A stretch of 32,000 bases of DNA from Candidatus Saccharimonadota bacterium (GTDB taxonomy: Bacteria > Patescibacteriota > Patescibacteriia > 2-12-FULL-60-25). A program made the translations under genes and the position numbers. Positions 1-8,967 of the stretch are shown in pieces. The DNA lies in the NCBI GenBank assembly GCA_022843095.1, contig JALHOH010000001.1, forward strand, positions 270,001 to 302,000, in the 5' to 3' direction. The notes under the pieces are model-generated. The model did not search any database and was not told the origin of the DNA. It saw only the letters and a program-made list of their open reading frames with translations. The first letter of the stretch is position 1; every line of letters starts with the position of its first letter.

Positions 1-186
1 CAGACGCTCACGTTATCGGATGGGACCACCTGTCGCATCGGGGCTATCACAGGGACGGGGAATACGAATCGGACGATCACGACAACCAGTACCGTGACAG
101 GTGCATCCTCGAAGGTGTTTATAGATATTGCCACGGTGAATCCGTTAACCTCGGTCACTACTTGGCAGGAACGTACCGATTTTTAG
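1..186 (+). CDS. C-terminal fragment of an ORF that starts upstream of the window; Thr/Ser/Gly-rich, function unknown
   Basis: Frame 1 is open from base 1 to TAG at 184-186 (...GASSKVFIDIATVNPLTSVTTWQERTDF*). It stops 3 nt before the pilM-like ATG. It is absent from the ORF track because it has no start in the window. Confidence 0.35.
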   Translation, partial: QTLTLSDGTTCRIGAITGTGNTNRTITTTSTVTGASSKVFIDIATVNPLTSVTTWQERTDF

Positions 187-189
187 TGT

Positions 190-1239
190 ATGGGTTTTAT
201 CCAGCAACTCTTCGGCGCCCCAAAAGCCTTTGCCATCGAGGTAAAGGCGGAATTGGTGCGCTTGTTGGTGCTGGAAGGCGGAACTGGAAGTTGGCGCGAG
301 CTATTGTTTGTCGAGCGCGCACTTCCAGAAGGAACGATCGTCAATGGAGAAATTAAGGATGTAGAGGTTCTCGCGAATGAAATACGGGCGGCTGCGCAGG
401 GGCTTCCCGCGGAGAAGAAATTGCGAAAAATCGTGACCGCCTTACCAGAATCGCATGTGTTCATGGCGCACGTGAGTATTTCGCGCGAGGTAGATAAAGC
501 CGATGTTGCGGGGGCGGTATTCATGCAGGCAGCAACGAAACTCCCGATAAACCTTGAACAATGCGCGTGGGATTATCAGCCGGTCGGCGACGAGAATGAA
601 GAAAAGCAGGTGCTGTTTACTGCGGCAGAGACGCCGTACTTGGAGGCGTTAGAGCAAGCCGTTGCGCTCGCTGGGTTTGAGCTTGCCGTCGTCGAGCCGG
701 AATCGCTTGCGTGGACTCGGGCCTTGATTCACGGCGTCGCGCTTGATGATTCGACGGCGGTGCTGATTTGCGATGTCGGACACCATGGGGCAAATGCGGT
801 CATCGTGGATAAAGAAGGGATCGAGCGGTCAATTTGGCAGGCAGCTGGTTCGGCGGCGTTGTTGGAGGTGGTAAAAAAGAAGGTCAAAGTCAAAAACGCG
901 GAAGGCGTCTTGTGGGAAAAGGGGATGCAAGATGATGCGGTGGCGAAGGTGGTCGGAGAATGGATGGATGCGCAGTGGGCAGATCTGGCGGCAGAGGTCA
1001 CACAGTATGAATCAGCAAGCCGACGCGCGGTAAAGGGGATGTGTTTTACCGGGGAAGGATCACGTGTCCCGGGTCTCAAAGAGCGATGGTCAAAGCGATT
1101 GGGGAAGGAGATTTTTACGGATTGCATCCCCCCACTTACTCCCGCCCATCTGACGCCGGAGTCTGCTGCTGTGATCGTCGGACTTGCGATGCGAGCGAAT
1201 AAGTTATCCACAGGACTTAATTTCATTGTCCCGACATAG
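190..1239 (+). CDS. pilM: Type IV pilus assembly protein PilM-like (actin-like ATPase fold)
   Basis: 349 aa. The N-terminus (FAIEVKAELVRLLVLEG...) and the later block (AVVEPESLAWTRAL...VLICDVGHHGANAVIV) follow the PilM/FtsA-like pattern. Pilin genes lie directly downstream. Confidence 0.7.
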   Translation: MGFIQQLFGAPKAFAIEVKAELVRLLVLEGGTGSWRELLFVERALPEGTIVNGEIKDVEVLANEIRAAAQGLPAEKKLRKIVTALPESHVFMAHVSISREVDKADVAGAVFMQAATKLPINLEQCAWDYQPVGDENEEKQVLFTAAETPYLEALEQAVALAGFELAVVEPESLAWTRALIHGVALDDSTAVLICDVGHHGANAVIVDKEGIERSIWQAAGSAALLEVVKKKVKVKNAEGVLWEKGMQDDAVAKVVGEWMDAQWADLAAEVTQYESASRRAVKGMCFTGEGSRVPGLKERWSKRLGKEIFTDCIPPLTPAHLTPESAAVIVGLAMRANKLSTGLNFIVPT

Positions 1240-1248
1240 GCAAAAGTG

Positions 1249-1257
1249 TGTTATTAT
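1249..1257 (+). promoter_or_regulatory. Extended -10 promoter box TGTTATTAT upstream of pilin 1
   Basis: TG-n-TATTAT lies in an AT-rich stretch just after the pilM stop, 25 nt before ATG 1283. No Shine-Dalgarno is visible. Confidence 0.4.
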
Positions 1258-1282
1258 TTAAGTATTCATTTTGAACACTACT

Positions 1283-1735
1283 ATGCGTCGCCTTCATGCC
1301 TCGTCCGGTTTCACCCTCGTTGAGCTTCTGCTCGTGATCGCCATTATTTCCATTCTTGCGGCGATTACGATCATCGCGATTAACCCGGCGCGGCAGTTGG
1401 CGCAGGCGAATAACGCGCAGCGTCGTTCCAACGTCAACACGATTTTGAACGCGGTGAACCAATACATGATTGATAACCGCGGAACCATTCCGACATACGT
1501 GTCGACGAGCGCCGTTCAGGTGTGTCGCACGACCGCGGTTTCGACCTCCACCTGTACGGATCTTTCCGTCCTTACGGCGAGCGAACTCTACCTTTCATCA
1601 CTTCCTGAAGATCCAACCGTTGCAAGTGGAAACCACACGGGATACACCATTCGGAAGTCGACGAGCTCTAATCCGCGTGTGACGGTTGCAGCCCCGGCAG
1701 CAGAATTGAGCGAAACCATTTCCGTTACGCGGTAG
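1283..1735 (+). CDS. Type IV pilin-like protein (prepilin-type N-terminal cleavage/methylation domain), paralog 1
   Basis: MRRLHASSG|FTLVELLLVIAIISILAAI is a class III signal peptide with G-F-T-L-x-E. ATG 1283 is preferred over the TTG at 1271 used by the ORF track. The conserved Cys pair is VCRT...STC. Confidence 0.85.
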   Translation: MRRLHASSGFTLVELLLVIAIISILAAITIIAINPARQLAQANNAQRRSNVNTILNAVNQYMIDNRGTIPTYVSTSAVQVCRTTAVSTSTCTDLSVLTASELYLSSLPEDPTVASGNHTGYTIRKSTSSNPRVTVAAPAAELSETISVTR

Positions 1736-1750
1736 CCAACGATTGAAGAA

Positions 1751-1780
1751 AAGAACGCGCGCTCAAGGCGCGTGTTCTTG
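1751..1780 (+). terminator. GC-rich hairpin between pilin 1 and pilin 2 (probable terminator)
   Basis: aagaacgcgcgc-tcaa-ggcgcgtgttctt is an imperfect 12-bp stem. It has no clean T-run on the plus strand. Confidence 0.45.
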
Positions 1781-1795
1781 CATTCAAAAAAAATG

Positions 1796-1804
1796 TGGTA
1801 TACT
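1796..1804 (+). promoter_or_regulatory. Extended -10 promoter box TGGTATACT for pilin 2
   Basis: TG-G-TATACT ends 9 nt before ATG 1814, with no SD in between. Confidence 0.5.
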
Positions 1805-1813
1805 GGTTGCGAT

Positions 1814-2269
1814 ATGTCCTCACGTCGCCACTTCTCCTCTGGGTTTACGCTCATCGAGCTCTTGCTCGTGATCGCGATCATTGCGGTGCTTGCGTCCATC
1901 ACCATCATCGCCATTAACCCCGCCCGTCAGCTTGCGCAGTCGAATAACGCTCAGCGTCGTTCCAACGTGAACACGATTTTGAACGCTATCAGTCAGTACA
2001 CCATCGATGAGTTTGGGGTTATTCCTAGTTCCATTAGCACGACCGCCGTGCAGGTGTGTCGGACAAATGCAGCGTCAACATCATCGTGTACGGATTTGTC
2101 CGTACTTACCGCGGATGAGTTGTATATTTCCTCGATTCCAGAAGATCCGACCGTCGCAAGCGGGAACAATACAGGATACACGGTGCGTAAAACCACCAGC
2201 TCCAATCCACGTGTCATCGTGAACTCGCCGGCAGCAGAACTTGGAGAAACTATTTCGGTCACGCGCTAA
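1814..2269 (+). CDS. Type IV pilin-like protein, paralog 2 (tandem duplicate of pilin 1)
   Basis: MSSRRHFSSG|FTLIELLLVIAIIAVLASI. It aligns colinearly with pilin 1 over the full length, with the same C-terminus ...ETISVTR. Start 1814 is chosen over the ORF-track start 1772. Confidence 0.85.
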   Translation: MSSRRHFSSGFTLIELLLVIAIIAVLASITIIAINPARQLAQSNNAQRRSNVNTILNAISQYTIDEFGVIPSSISTTAVQVCRTNAASTSSCTDLSVLTADELYISSIPEDPTVASGNNTGYTVRKTTSSNPRVIVNSPAAELGETISVTR

Positions 2270-2275
2270 CACCGC

Positions 2276-2308
2276 AAAAAAACACGGAGGAATCCGTGTT
2301 TTTTATTT
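2276..2308 (+). terminator. Rho-independent terminator after pilin 2
   Basis: aacacgga-ggaa-tccgtgtt is a perfect 8-bp stem flanked by an A-run and the T-run ttttattt. Confidence 0.8.
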
Positions 2309-2344
2309 GGCAGACAGGGTGTATTCTGTACGTAGTATTCGTAT

Positions 2345-3460
2345 ATGTCTTCTTGTTGCTCGGTTCCATCTGTGCGTCCATGGCGTGAACGCATGACGCG
2401 CGCCCTGATTGCGTTTCTTGCGATCGGCCTCATCGGCTCGCTTGTGTGGTCACGCACGATCGCTTGGATGCCACAGGCTTCCTCTGGAGGATCGGTGGTT
2501 GGAATGCTGATTCTGGGGTTCGTCGCCTCCGTTTCGACCTGTCTTGCGTCGACTGGCGCGTATTTTTTGACGGCATCCACACGTGTGTCGGGGAATCGTG
2601 CGATCCATCTCATGCACCTGGGCCGGTTCTTGGCGTTCATGGTGGGAGGTGCGTTGCTTGGAGCGCTCGGGGCCGCGTTGCCGGAATCGCCGTGGATATA
2701 CGGGGCGTTCGGGATGCTTCTGGGGATCGGGTTTTTGGGAATCGGGCTTCAGCTTTTGGATCTTGCCCCGGCAAACGGAGCATTCGGTTGGCTTCCCGGC
2801 GGCGTTTCTCGTCGTGTCGAAGCCTTTATGGGACGGGTTGAATCGCGTTCGCCATGGGTCATTGGGGCGATCTCGTTTATTCTTCCGTGTGGCTTTACAC
2901 AGACCGCGCAAGCGTTCGCGCTTGGGAGTGGAAGTGCCTGGACGGGGGCGGTGTTGCTTGGCGCATTCGCAGCGGGAACGGCGCCGGTGCTGTACACGAT
3001 CACACGTGTGGGAGGGACGGCGACCGGAGAGCGTCCATGGATGCGTCTTGCGACCGGGGCGGTGCTCGCATGGACGGGGCTGACCCAGCTGGACGGGGGA
3101 CTGACGGTGCTGGGCTCGCCGATTACGTTGGCTGGGATGGGAAGGCAGATTGTGGCCAGCGTTGGGACGACGATGATTCCGACCGTTCAGGCGCAAGAGC
3201 AATTGATTTCGATGCGCGTCATCTATGGGACGTTTTCTCCAAATCGGTTTGTGGTGCGACGTAACGTGCCCGTGCGTTGGCAAATCGAGGGGGTGGATGT
3301 GACGGGATGTGCAAATACCTTGGTGTCACCTCGACTTGGCATTCAGCAATCCTTGATCAAGGGGGCGAATGAGATCGTGTTCACGCCAAAGGATGCGGGA
3401 GACGTCCCATTTAGTTGCGCGATGGGGATGATTCGCGGGAGTTTTACCGTCGTGGATTAA
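2345..3460 (+). CDS. DsbD_2/TauE-SafE-like polytopic membrane protein fused to a C-terminal cupredoxin-like (Cupredoxin_1-type) domain
   Basis: It has multiple hydrophobic helices. Its motifs STCLASTG and [15 protein letters not shown] resemble the paired Cys motifs of the DsbD_2 family. The C-terminal ~90 aa ([17 protein letters not shown]...[25 protein letters not shown]) matches the C...C-x-MGM cupredoxin-like pattern. The start is ambiguous: ATG 2345 sits 6 nt after a TAGTAT box, and ATG 2393 is the alternative. Confidence 0.7.
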   Translation: MSSCCSVPSVRPWRERMTRALIAFLAIGLIGSLVWSRTIAWMPQASSGGSVVGMLILGFVASVSTCLASTGAYFLTASTRVSGNRAIHLMHLGRFLAFMVGGALLGALGAALPESPWIYGAFGMLLGIGFLGIGLQLLDLAPANGAFGWLPGGVSRRVEAFMGRVESRSPWVIGAISFILPCGFTQTAQAFALGSGSAWTGAVLLGAFAAGTAPVLYTITRVGGTATGERPWMRLATGAVLAWTGLTQLDGGLTVLGSPITLAGMGRQIVASVGTTMIPTVQAQEQLISMRVIYGTFSPNRFVVRRNVPVRWQIEGVDVTGCANTLVSPRLGIQQSLIKGANEIVFTPKDAGDVPFSCAMGMIRGSFTVVD

Positions 3461-3465
3461 CACCT

Positions 3466-5652
3466 ATGAAAACCGCTCTCAAGATTCGTGGGATGCATTG
3501 TGCGAGTTGTGCCGTGAATACCGAAAAGGCATTGGCGGCGGTTCCCGGGGTCCAATCTGCATCCGTGAATTTTGCGTTGCAGCGCGCGCACATCGAACAC
3601 GGAGATCAGGTGACACACGGACAGTTGATTGATGCGGTTCGTCGGGAAGGATATGAGGCCGAGCTCTCTGATGGAGCGCATCACGCGCATGCCACACCAA
3701 GCCATTTGACGCATGGAGACTACGCCACGACAGGAGACCTTTGGCGTGCCGCGGTCGTGGCGATTCCGCTGGTGGTCGGGATGATGGTGTCGCTTCCGTT
3801 CGGAATGGTGGGGACGGTTTCGGTGTGGGTATTGATCCAGGCGGTTTGTGCGTGGATATTGGTCGCCTGGTTTGGACGCGCATTTCATGCAGGGGCTCTG
3901 CGTGAGTGGCGGGCGCGTCGCGCCAACATGGATACGCTGGTGACGCTCGGCACGGGAAGTGCGCTTGCGTGGAGCACGTACGCGATGTTTATCGGCGGTG
4001 ATGTGTATTTTGAAGTGGCAGGCGTGTTGATTTTGTTCTTGTTGCTCGGAAAATGGATCGAGGCGCGACAGCGCGCGCAAGCGGGCGCGGCCGTTCAGGC
4101 ATTGCTCGAGCGACATCCCATGGTGGCGCACCGTGTTCAGTCTGCGGGTCGGGTCGAAGATGTGTCGCCCGTGACATTAATCCCAGGAGATCGTTGTTTA
4201 GTGCGTCCGGGAGAGGCGATTCCGACGGACGGGGTGGTGGTCGAAGGGGCGCCAACGGTGGATGAATCCATGTTGACCGGAGAGCCGATTCCGGTGGGAA
4301 AGCGTACGGGAGATCACGTCTATGGGGCGACCGTGAATCAGGCAACGGCGTTTACCTTGGAAGTGACGGCAGAGGCAGGGCACACGGTTTTTGATGGGAT
4401 CGTCCAGGCGGTCGAACGGGCCGTGAGTCTGAAGTCTCCGATGGAACGGTTTGTGGATCGTGTGAGCAGTGTCTTTGTTCCAGGGGTATTGGTCGCGGCG
4501 GCGGTGACCTTTGTGGCGTGGATGATGTTTGGAGATGGGTCCATGGGGGAGGCGATCCGCCATGCGGTCGCAGTTCTTATTGTGGCCTGTCCATGCGCGA
4601 TGGGGCTCGCCACCCCCGCTGCGATCATGGTGGGCGCTGGTGCGGGCGCATCCTCTGGGATTTTGATCAAGGATGGCGCGGCGCTGGAGGCGGCGAGTCG
4701 GGTGGATACCATCGTGTTTGATAAAACGGGAACGCTGACCGCGGGTGCGCCACGGATTTTGAATAAGATGACGACGCGACCCGAAGATGCGGATCGCGCG
4801 ATTCGTCTTGCGGCCGGGTTAGAGCATGGATCAGAGCATCCACTCGCAAAAGCATTCATGCAGTACGCGACAGATGCCGGGGTTGCCTTGGCTTCGCTTC
4901 AAGAGATCCGAGCCATCCCGGGAAAAGGGATCGAAGGGACGGACGGCGCGAGACGGTATCGGATGGGAACGCCGGAATGGATTCACGCAGAAGGCGGCGT
5001 TTTGTCTGATGCATTGTCCGCCTGGGTTCAGCACGAACGGACGCAAGGGGGAACGGTCACGGTCCTAGCAGAAGACGCATTTGTCCTGGCGGCGTTTGCG
5101 GTGCGAGATCCGTTAAAGCCAGAGGCGAAAGAAGCCGTTCGTGCCGTGCATGCGTTGCAAATTCGTCCGGTGCTGCTTACGGGAGATCATGCGGTGACGG
5201 CGAAGGCGGTGGGGGATGCGGTTGGGATTCAGGATGTACGCGCGAGCGTGTCGCCCGAAGGAAAACAGGAAGCGGTGCATGCGCTGGAAGAAGAGGGGAG
5301 ACGAGTTGCGTTCGTCGGAGATGGGCTAAACGATGCGCCGGCGCTTGCAACGGCAACGCTTGGGATCGCCATGGGAACGGGGACGGACGTTGCGATGGCG
5401 GCCGGTCAGGTGGTCGTGATGGGAGGTTCGCCACGGAAGGCGGTGGATGCGCTTGTGCTTGCCCGGCGGACATTTTCGGCCATTCGGCAAAATCTTTTTT
5501 GGGCGTTTGTGTACAATATCATCCTGATTCCGCTTGCGGCCGTGGGGTTACTTGATCCCATGCTCGCCGGCCTCGCCATGGCATTTTCTAGCGTGAGCGT
5601 GCTGGCAAATAGCTTGAGGATCGCTCGAGGAATGGCGATACAGAGAGGATGA
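3466..5652 (+). CDS. copA: Copper-translocating P1B-type ATPase
   Basis: Motifs present: N-terminal HMA domain GMHCASC, TM CPC motif ([11 protein letters not shown]), DKTGTLT phosphorylation site, GDGLNDAP hinge. ATG 3466 lies 5 nt after the upstream stop, whereas the ORF-track start 3415 overlaps the upstream gene. Confidence 0.95.
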   Translation: MKTALKIRGMHCASCAVNTEKALAAVPGVQSASVNFALQRAHIEHGDQVTHGQLIDAVRREGYEAELSDGAHHAHATPSHLTHGDYATTGDLWRAAVVAIPLVVGMMVSLPFGMVGTVSVWVLIQAVCAWILVAWFGRAFHAGALREWRARRANMDTLVTLGTGSALAWSTYAMFIGGDVYFEVAGVLILFLLLGKWIEARQRAQAGAAVQALLERHPMVAHRVQSAGRVEDVSPVTLIPGDRCLVRPGEAIPTDGVVVEGAPTVDESMLTGEPIPVGKRTGDHVYGATVNQATAFTLEVTAEAGHTVFDGIVQAVERAVSLKSPMERFVDRVSSVFVPGVLVAAAVTFVAWMMFGDGSMGEAIRHAVAVLIVACPCAMGLATPAAIMVGAGAGASSGILIKDGAALEAASRVDTIVFDKTGTLTAGAPRILNKMTTRPEDADRAIRLAAGLEHGSEHPLAKAFMQYATDAGVALASLQEIRAIPGKGIEGTDGARRYRMGTPEWIHAEGGVLSDALSAWVQHERTQGGTVTVLAEDAFVLAAFAVRDPLKPEAKEAVRAVHALQIRPVLLTGDHAVTAKAVGDAVGIQDVRASVSPEGKQEAVHALEEEGRRVAFVGDGLNDAPALATATLGIAMGTGTDVAMAAGQVVVMGGSPRKAVDALVLARRTFSAIRQNLFWAFVYNIILIPLAAVGLLDPMLAGLAMAFSSVSVLANSLRIARGMAIQRG

Positions 5653-5668
5653 GTATGGTTGTATAAAA

Positions 5669-5693
5669 ACACCGCCTCCAGATGGGGCGGTGT
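5669..5693. terminator. Hairpin between convergent copA and the 5713-6528 gene (bidirectional terminator candidate)
   Basis: acaccgcc-N9-ggcggtgt, flanked by aaaa on the left and tgttgtt on the right. Confidence 0.6.
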
Positions 5694-5712
5694 GTTGTTG
5701 CGGTGCGCACGA

Positions 5713-6528
5713 TCACTGCGACATCGCGAGGTGCGCGGCGACCAGGAAGTCGTGGGCGCGCGTCGATTTCTCTTCCAGGTCCTGCTCGATGGAGAGGAAC
5801 GGGAAGAGTCGGAGCAAGGACGGAAAACGGTTCAGGACCACTTCCGGGGGCCAGGAGCAGGCGAGGCTGATCCCGAGCCCGGGAAAGCGGTTTGCCAGGC
5901 GGTCGATCACCGCGAGGATCCGCGTCAGGAGCGCGCCTGAGCCGAGGTCGATCACGACGTCCGTGCAAAGATCTCGCCAGAGGTAGTCCTCCAGCGCATT
6001 CGCGATGCGCTCCCCGTCGAACCGATACTCGAGGAGCATTGGTTCGCGCAAGTGGAATCCGATGCGCTTGCATCGGTTCATGAGCGCGGCCTTCAGATCC
6101 TCCATCTCCGGCAGGTCGCCATCGATCTGGACGCCGTCCAGGCCATGCTCCACGAGCTCTCGGACGTGGGAGAGTTGGTCGTACAACGACCAGTTGGGGT
6201 GTGGCAGAACATGCGCGAGATGCACGGTTCGTCGCGGCTCCGGGGCGCCCGTGTGCGGGTCGCGCTCGATCGCGGGAAACGTCCCGAGGACGCGTGCGGC
6301 GTCGATCGGGATGAGCGGGTCCACACGCACCCCCAGTTTGAGCTGAATGGGCGACGTGGTGGAAGCGTCCGTGAGCGGCAGGCGCGCATCCAGACGTTCC
6401 GACTCGTCACGCGAGGCAATCCCGATCAGTCCGATCGATCGGGCGGGGCGCTCGATCGCGAACCCTTTGAATGCGCCGTCTTCCGAGCGCCGATAGATCC
6501 GACCACCGATGATCTGTTCGGTTTGCAT
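5713..6528 (-). CDS. Hypothetical protein, no family recognised
   Basis: The long ORF has protein-like composition. ATG at 6528 is preceded by GGAGGAAGGT (strong SD). The ORF-track start 6540 lies inside that SD. Confidence 0.55.
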   Translation of the reverse strand: MQTEQIIGGRIYRRSEDGAFKGFAIERPARSIGLIGIASRDESERLDARLPLTDASTTSPIQLKLGVRVDPLIPIDAARVLGTFPAIERDPHTGAPEPRRTVHLAHVLPHPNWSLYDQLSHVRELVEHGLDGVQIDGDLPEMEDLKAALMNRCKRIGFHLREPMLLEYRFDGERIANALEDYLWRDLCTDVVIDLGSGALLTRILAVIDRLANRFPGLGISLACSWPPEVVLNRFPSLLRLFPFLSIEQDLEEKSTRAHDFLVAAHLAMSQ

Positions 6529-6593
6529 ACCTTCCTCCATTTGGCAAAAGAACCGATCGAAGAATACGCCAAAAATGGCAAAAAGTCAAGGGT

Positions 6594-6623
6594 TTGACGG
6601 GAGTCTCGAGGATCCCGTATATT
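6594..6623 (+). promoter_or_regulatory. Sigma70-like promoter of the Fe-S operon: TTGACG-N18-TATATT
   Basis: The -35 box TTGACG is at 6594-6599 and the -10 box TATATT at 6618-6623, 24 nt upstream of the rrf2-family ATG. Confidence 0.55.
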
Positions 6624-6640
6624 CCTGGTTGCTAACCAGG
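6624..6640 (+). promoter_or_regulatory. Perfect inverted repeat CCTGGTT-GCT-AACCAGG abutting the -10 box (candidate Rrf2 operator or 5' UTR hairpin)
   Basis: The 7-bp arms are read directly from the sequence. The repeat sits between the -10 hexamer and the SD/ATG of the regulator gene. Confidence 0.45.
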
Positions 6641-6647
6641 AAATACC

Positions 6648-7052
6648 ATGAATTCCCTGCTTCACGTGTCAGGCCGCCAACATGCGGGAGTGATTCTCCT
6701 TGCGGAGTTGGCGTCTGCGGAAGAGTTTCGTTCGCTGCAAGAAATTGCGACGAGTATGGCCCTTTCTCAAGGGTATTTGGAGGAAATTGCGTCCGCGTTT
6801 AAACAAGCGGGGTTGGTCACGGGGCGCAAAGGGCCACGTGGCGGGTATCGGCTTACCCGTCGTCCAGAGCAGATCACCATGGAAGAGGTGGTGGTGGCGC
6901 TGGAAGGGCCGCTCGAAGCCGTTCCGTGTCACGGTGCCGCGTGCCCGGTGCAAGCCAAATGTGAAACGAAATCGTGGTGGGATTTTTTGCGCGATTCCGT
7001 CCGAACCACGCTGAAGACGACGACCTTGGCAGATATTTTGAACACGCGCTGA
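6648..7052 (+). CDS. Rrf2 family transcriptional regulator (IscR/NsrR-like)
   Basis: It has a winged-helix N-terminus (SLQEIATSMALSQGYLEEIASAFKQAGLVTGRKGPRGGYRL) and a Cys triad C-x4-C-x5-C (PCHGAACPVQAKC). It lies first in the nifS-nifU operon. Confidence 0.85.
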   Translation: MNSLLHVSGRQHAGVILLAELASAEEFRSLQEIATSMALSQGYLEEIASAFKQAGLVTGRKGPRGGYRLTRRPEQITMEEVVVALEGPLEAVPCHGAACPVQAKCETKSWWDFLRDSVRTTLKTTTLADILNTR

Positions 7053-7053
7053 T

Positions 7054-8280
7054 ATGACAAAACGCCTGATTTATCTTGATCATGCCTCTACGACCCCGAC
7101 CGATCCACGCGTGGTCGAGGCGATGCTGCCGTATTTTACGGAGACGTTTGGAAACCCCTCGAGTTTTCACTCTGTTGGAATGGAGGCTAAAAAAGCGGTG
7201 GCAGAAGCGCGAAAATCTATCGCGCAGCGTTTGAATGCCCAAGAAGACGCCATCATTTTTACAGGGGGTGGCACGGAATCCAACACCCTTGCGATTCAGG
7301 GGATCGTGCGAGCCCATCGTGCCGCGATCGCGCCGGCAAAGCCGCATGTTGTGACGTCTGCCGTGGAACACCATGCGGTGCTTGAGCCGCTGCTTGCCCT
7401 CAAAAAAGCGGGAGAGATTGATCTTACCATCGTCCCGGTCGATGCCTTTGGAATGGTCTCGGGAAAAGAGGTGCTTGCTGCTGTGACCGATGCCACGATC
7501 CTTGTGACCATCATGATGGCAAACAATGAAATCGGGACGATCCAACCAATCGCGGACATCGGACGCGGATTGCTTGCACGGCGCAAAGAGCGCAAGACCG
7601 TCTACCCGTATCTCCATACGGATGCCTGCCAAGCCGCCGGGTTTTTGTCGCTTGATGTCGAAAAAACACACGTCGATTTGCTGACGTTGAATGCATCCAA
7701 AATCTACGGTCCAAAAGGAATTGGGTTGCTGTTTGTGCGACGTGGGGTGAAGGTGTCGCCGATCATGATCGGAGGCGGACAAGAACGCGGGATCCGTTCG
7801 GGTACCGAAAACGTGCCGGGAATCATCGGGTTTGCAAAAGCGTTTGCTCTGGTTTCGGAAGAGCGCGAGGCGGAATCTGCGCGCCTGACCGTGTTGCGTG
7901 ATCGGTTAGTGGAAGGGTTGCTCGCCATCCCAAAGTCTCGATTAAACGGCCATCCGACGGAGCGGTTGCCAAACAGCGCGAACGTCTCGTTTTTGGACAT
8001 CGAGGGCGAGGCGGCGGTGCTGTATCTGGATGCGGAAGGGATTATGGCGAGTACGGGATCTGCCTGCGCCTCCACGTCGCTTGATCCGTCGCATGTGATT
8101 CTTGCCACCGGCCTTTCGTATGAAGCGGCGCATGGCAGCATCCGGTTTACGCTTGGACATGCGACCACGGCGGAGGATGTAGAACGGGTGATTGCGGTGA
8201 TGCCGGGAATCGTGGAACGTCTCCGTCGCATCAGTCCTGTGAATTTAGACATGAAATATTTTGAGAAAACAACGGTATGA
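7054..8280 (+). CDS. nifS: Cysteine desulfurase, class I (NifS/IscS type)
   Basis: Motifs present: IYLDHASTTP, GGGTESN, HTDACQA, PLP-lysine context NASKIYGPKG, SGTENVPG, and the active-site loop STGSACAS. Confidence 0.95.
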   Translation: MTKRLIYLDHASTTPTDPRVVEAMLPYFTETFGNPSSFHSVGMEAKKAVAEARKSIAQRLNAQEDAIIFTGGGTESNTLAIQGIVRAHRAAIAPAKPHVVTSAVEHHAVLEPLLALKKAGEIDLTIVPVDAFGMVSGKEVLAAVTDATILVTIMMANNEIGTIQPIADIGRGLLARRKERKTVYPYLHTDACQAAGFLSLDVEKTHVDLLTLNASKIYGPKGIGLLFVRRGVKVSPIMIGGGQERGIRSGTENVPGIIGFAKAFALVSEEREAESARLTVLRDRLVEGLLAIPKSRLNGHPTERLPNSANVSFLDIEGEAAVLYLDAEGIMASTGSACASTSLDPSHVILATGLSYEAAHGSIRFTLGHATTAEDVERVIAVMPGIVERLRRISPVNLDMKYFEKTTV

Positions 8281-8963
8281 TCAACCCCCCAACAACCACC
8301 AGTACCCAGGGCGATGTGACCGGCGCGGGCACCCAAACCGGCAAAGGATGGTTTTACACGGACACCGTGAAAGACCACTTTTTTCATCCAAAAAACTTCA
8401 TGGACGACGAAGCGGTGTATCGTGCCCAGTTTCCGGACGCAGCGGTTGGAATGGTGGGATCACCGGCCTGTGGCGATGCCATGAAAATCTGGATCGCGGT
8501 GGATCCGGAAACACGTCGCATCAAGGACCTGAAATGGAAAACCTTTGGCTGTGCATCCGCGATCGCCTCGACCTCGATGATGTCCGTCATTGTGACGGAA
8601 GGGGAGGGGAAGACGCTGGAAGAAGCGCGCGCCTTGCGTCCGCAGGACATCATGGAACGTTTGGGTGGATTGCCGGCGCGGAAGGTGCATTGTTCCGTGC
8701 TGGGCGACAAGGCGTTGCGTGCCGCGATCAATGATTGGTATCGCAAACAGGGTGAAACCGAGAACATCGAAATCGAACACGGGCGCGTGATTGATCCGGA
8801 AACGAAAGTGACGGATCATGATATCGAGGAGGCGGTGTTGGACGGGTGTGATACGCTGGAAAAAGTGCAGGCAAAGCTCAAGGTCGGGATCGGGAATCCT
8901 GCGTGCGTTCCGGAGGTCGAAAACTTGATTCGTTTTTACAAAGAAAAGTATTTTGGCGCCTAA
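8277..8963 (+). CDS. nifU: NifU-like Fe-S scaffold: IscU-type N-domain plus a degenerate BFD-like middle domain
   Basis: The three IscU Cys contexts are present (GSPACGD, KTFGCASAIAS, KVHCSV). ATGA overlaps the nifS stop. The C-terminal ~60 aa resembles a BFD-like domain but keeps only 2 Cys. Confidence 0.9.
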   Translation: MINPPTTTSTQGDVTGAGTQTGKGWFYTDTVKDHFFHPKNFMDDEAVYRAQFPDAAVGMVGSPACGDAMKIWIAVDPETRRIKDLKWKTFGCASAIASTSMMSVIVTEGEGKTLEEARALRPQDIMERLGGLPARKVHCSVLGDKALRAAINDWYRKQGETENIEIEHGRVIDPETKVTDHDIEEAVLDGCDTLEKVQAKLKVGIGNPACVPEVENLIRFYKEKYFGA

Positions 8964-8967
8964 ACCT

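Noticed and set aside
2450-3283. 277-aa minus-strand ORF, and overlapping plus-strand alternative frames 2446-2841, 2583-3083 and 2854-3264
   Set aside because: All overlap the DsbD_2/cupredoxin gene, whose frame gives coherent TM helices. The alternatives are Arg/Pro/Gly-rich frames characteristic of high-GC DNA.
6874-7782. 302-aa minus-strand ORF opposite nifS
   Set aside because: nifS on the plus strand has unambiguous PLP-enzyme motifs. The antisense product is His/Arg-rich with no motifs.
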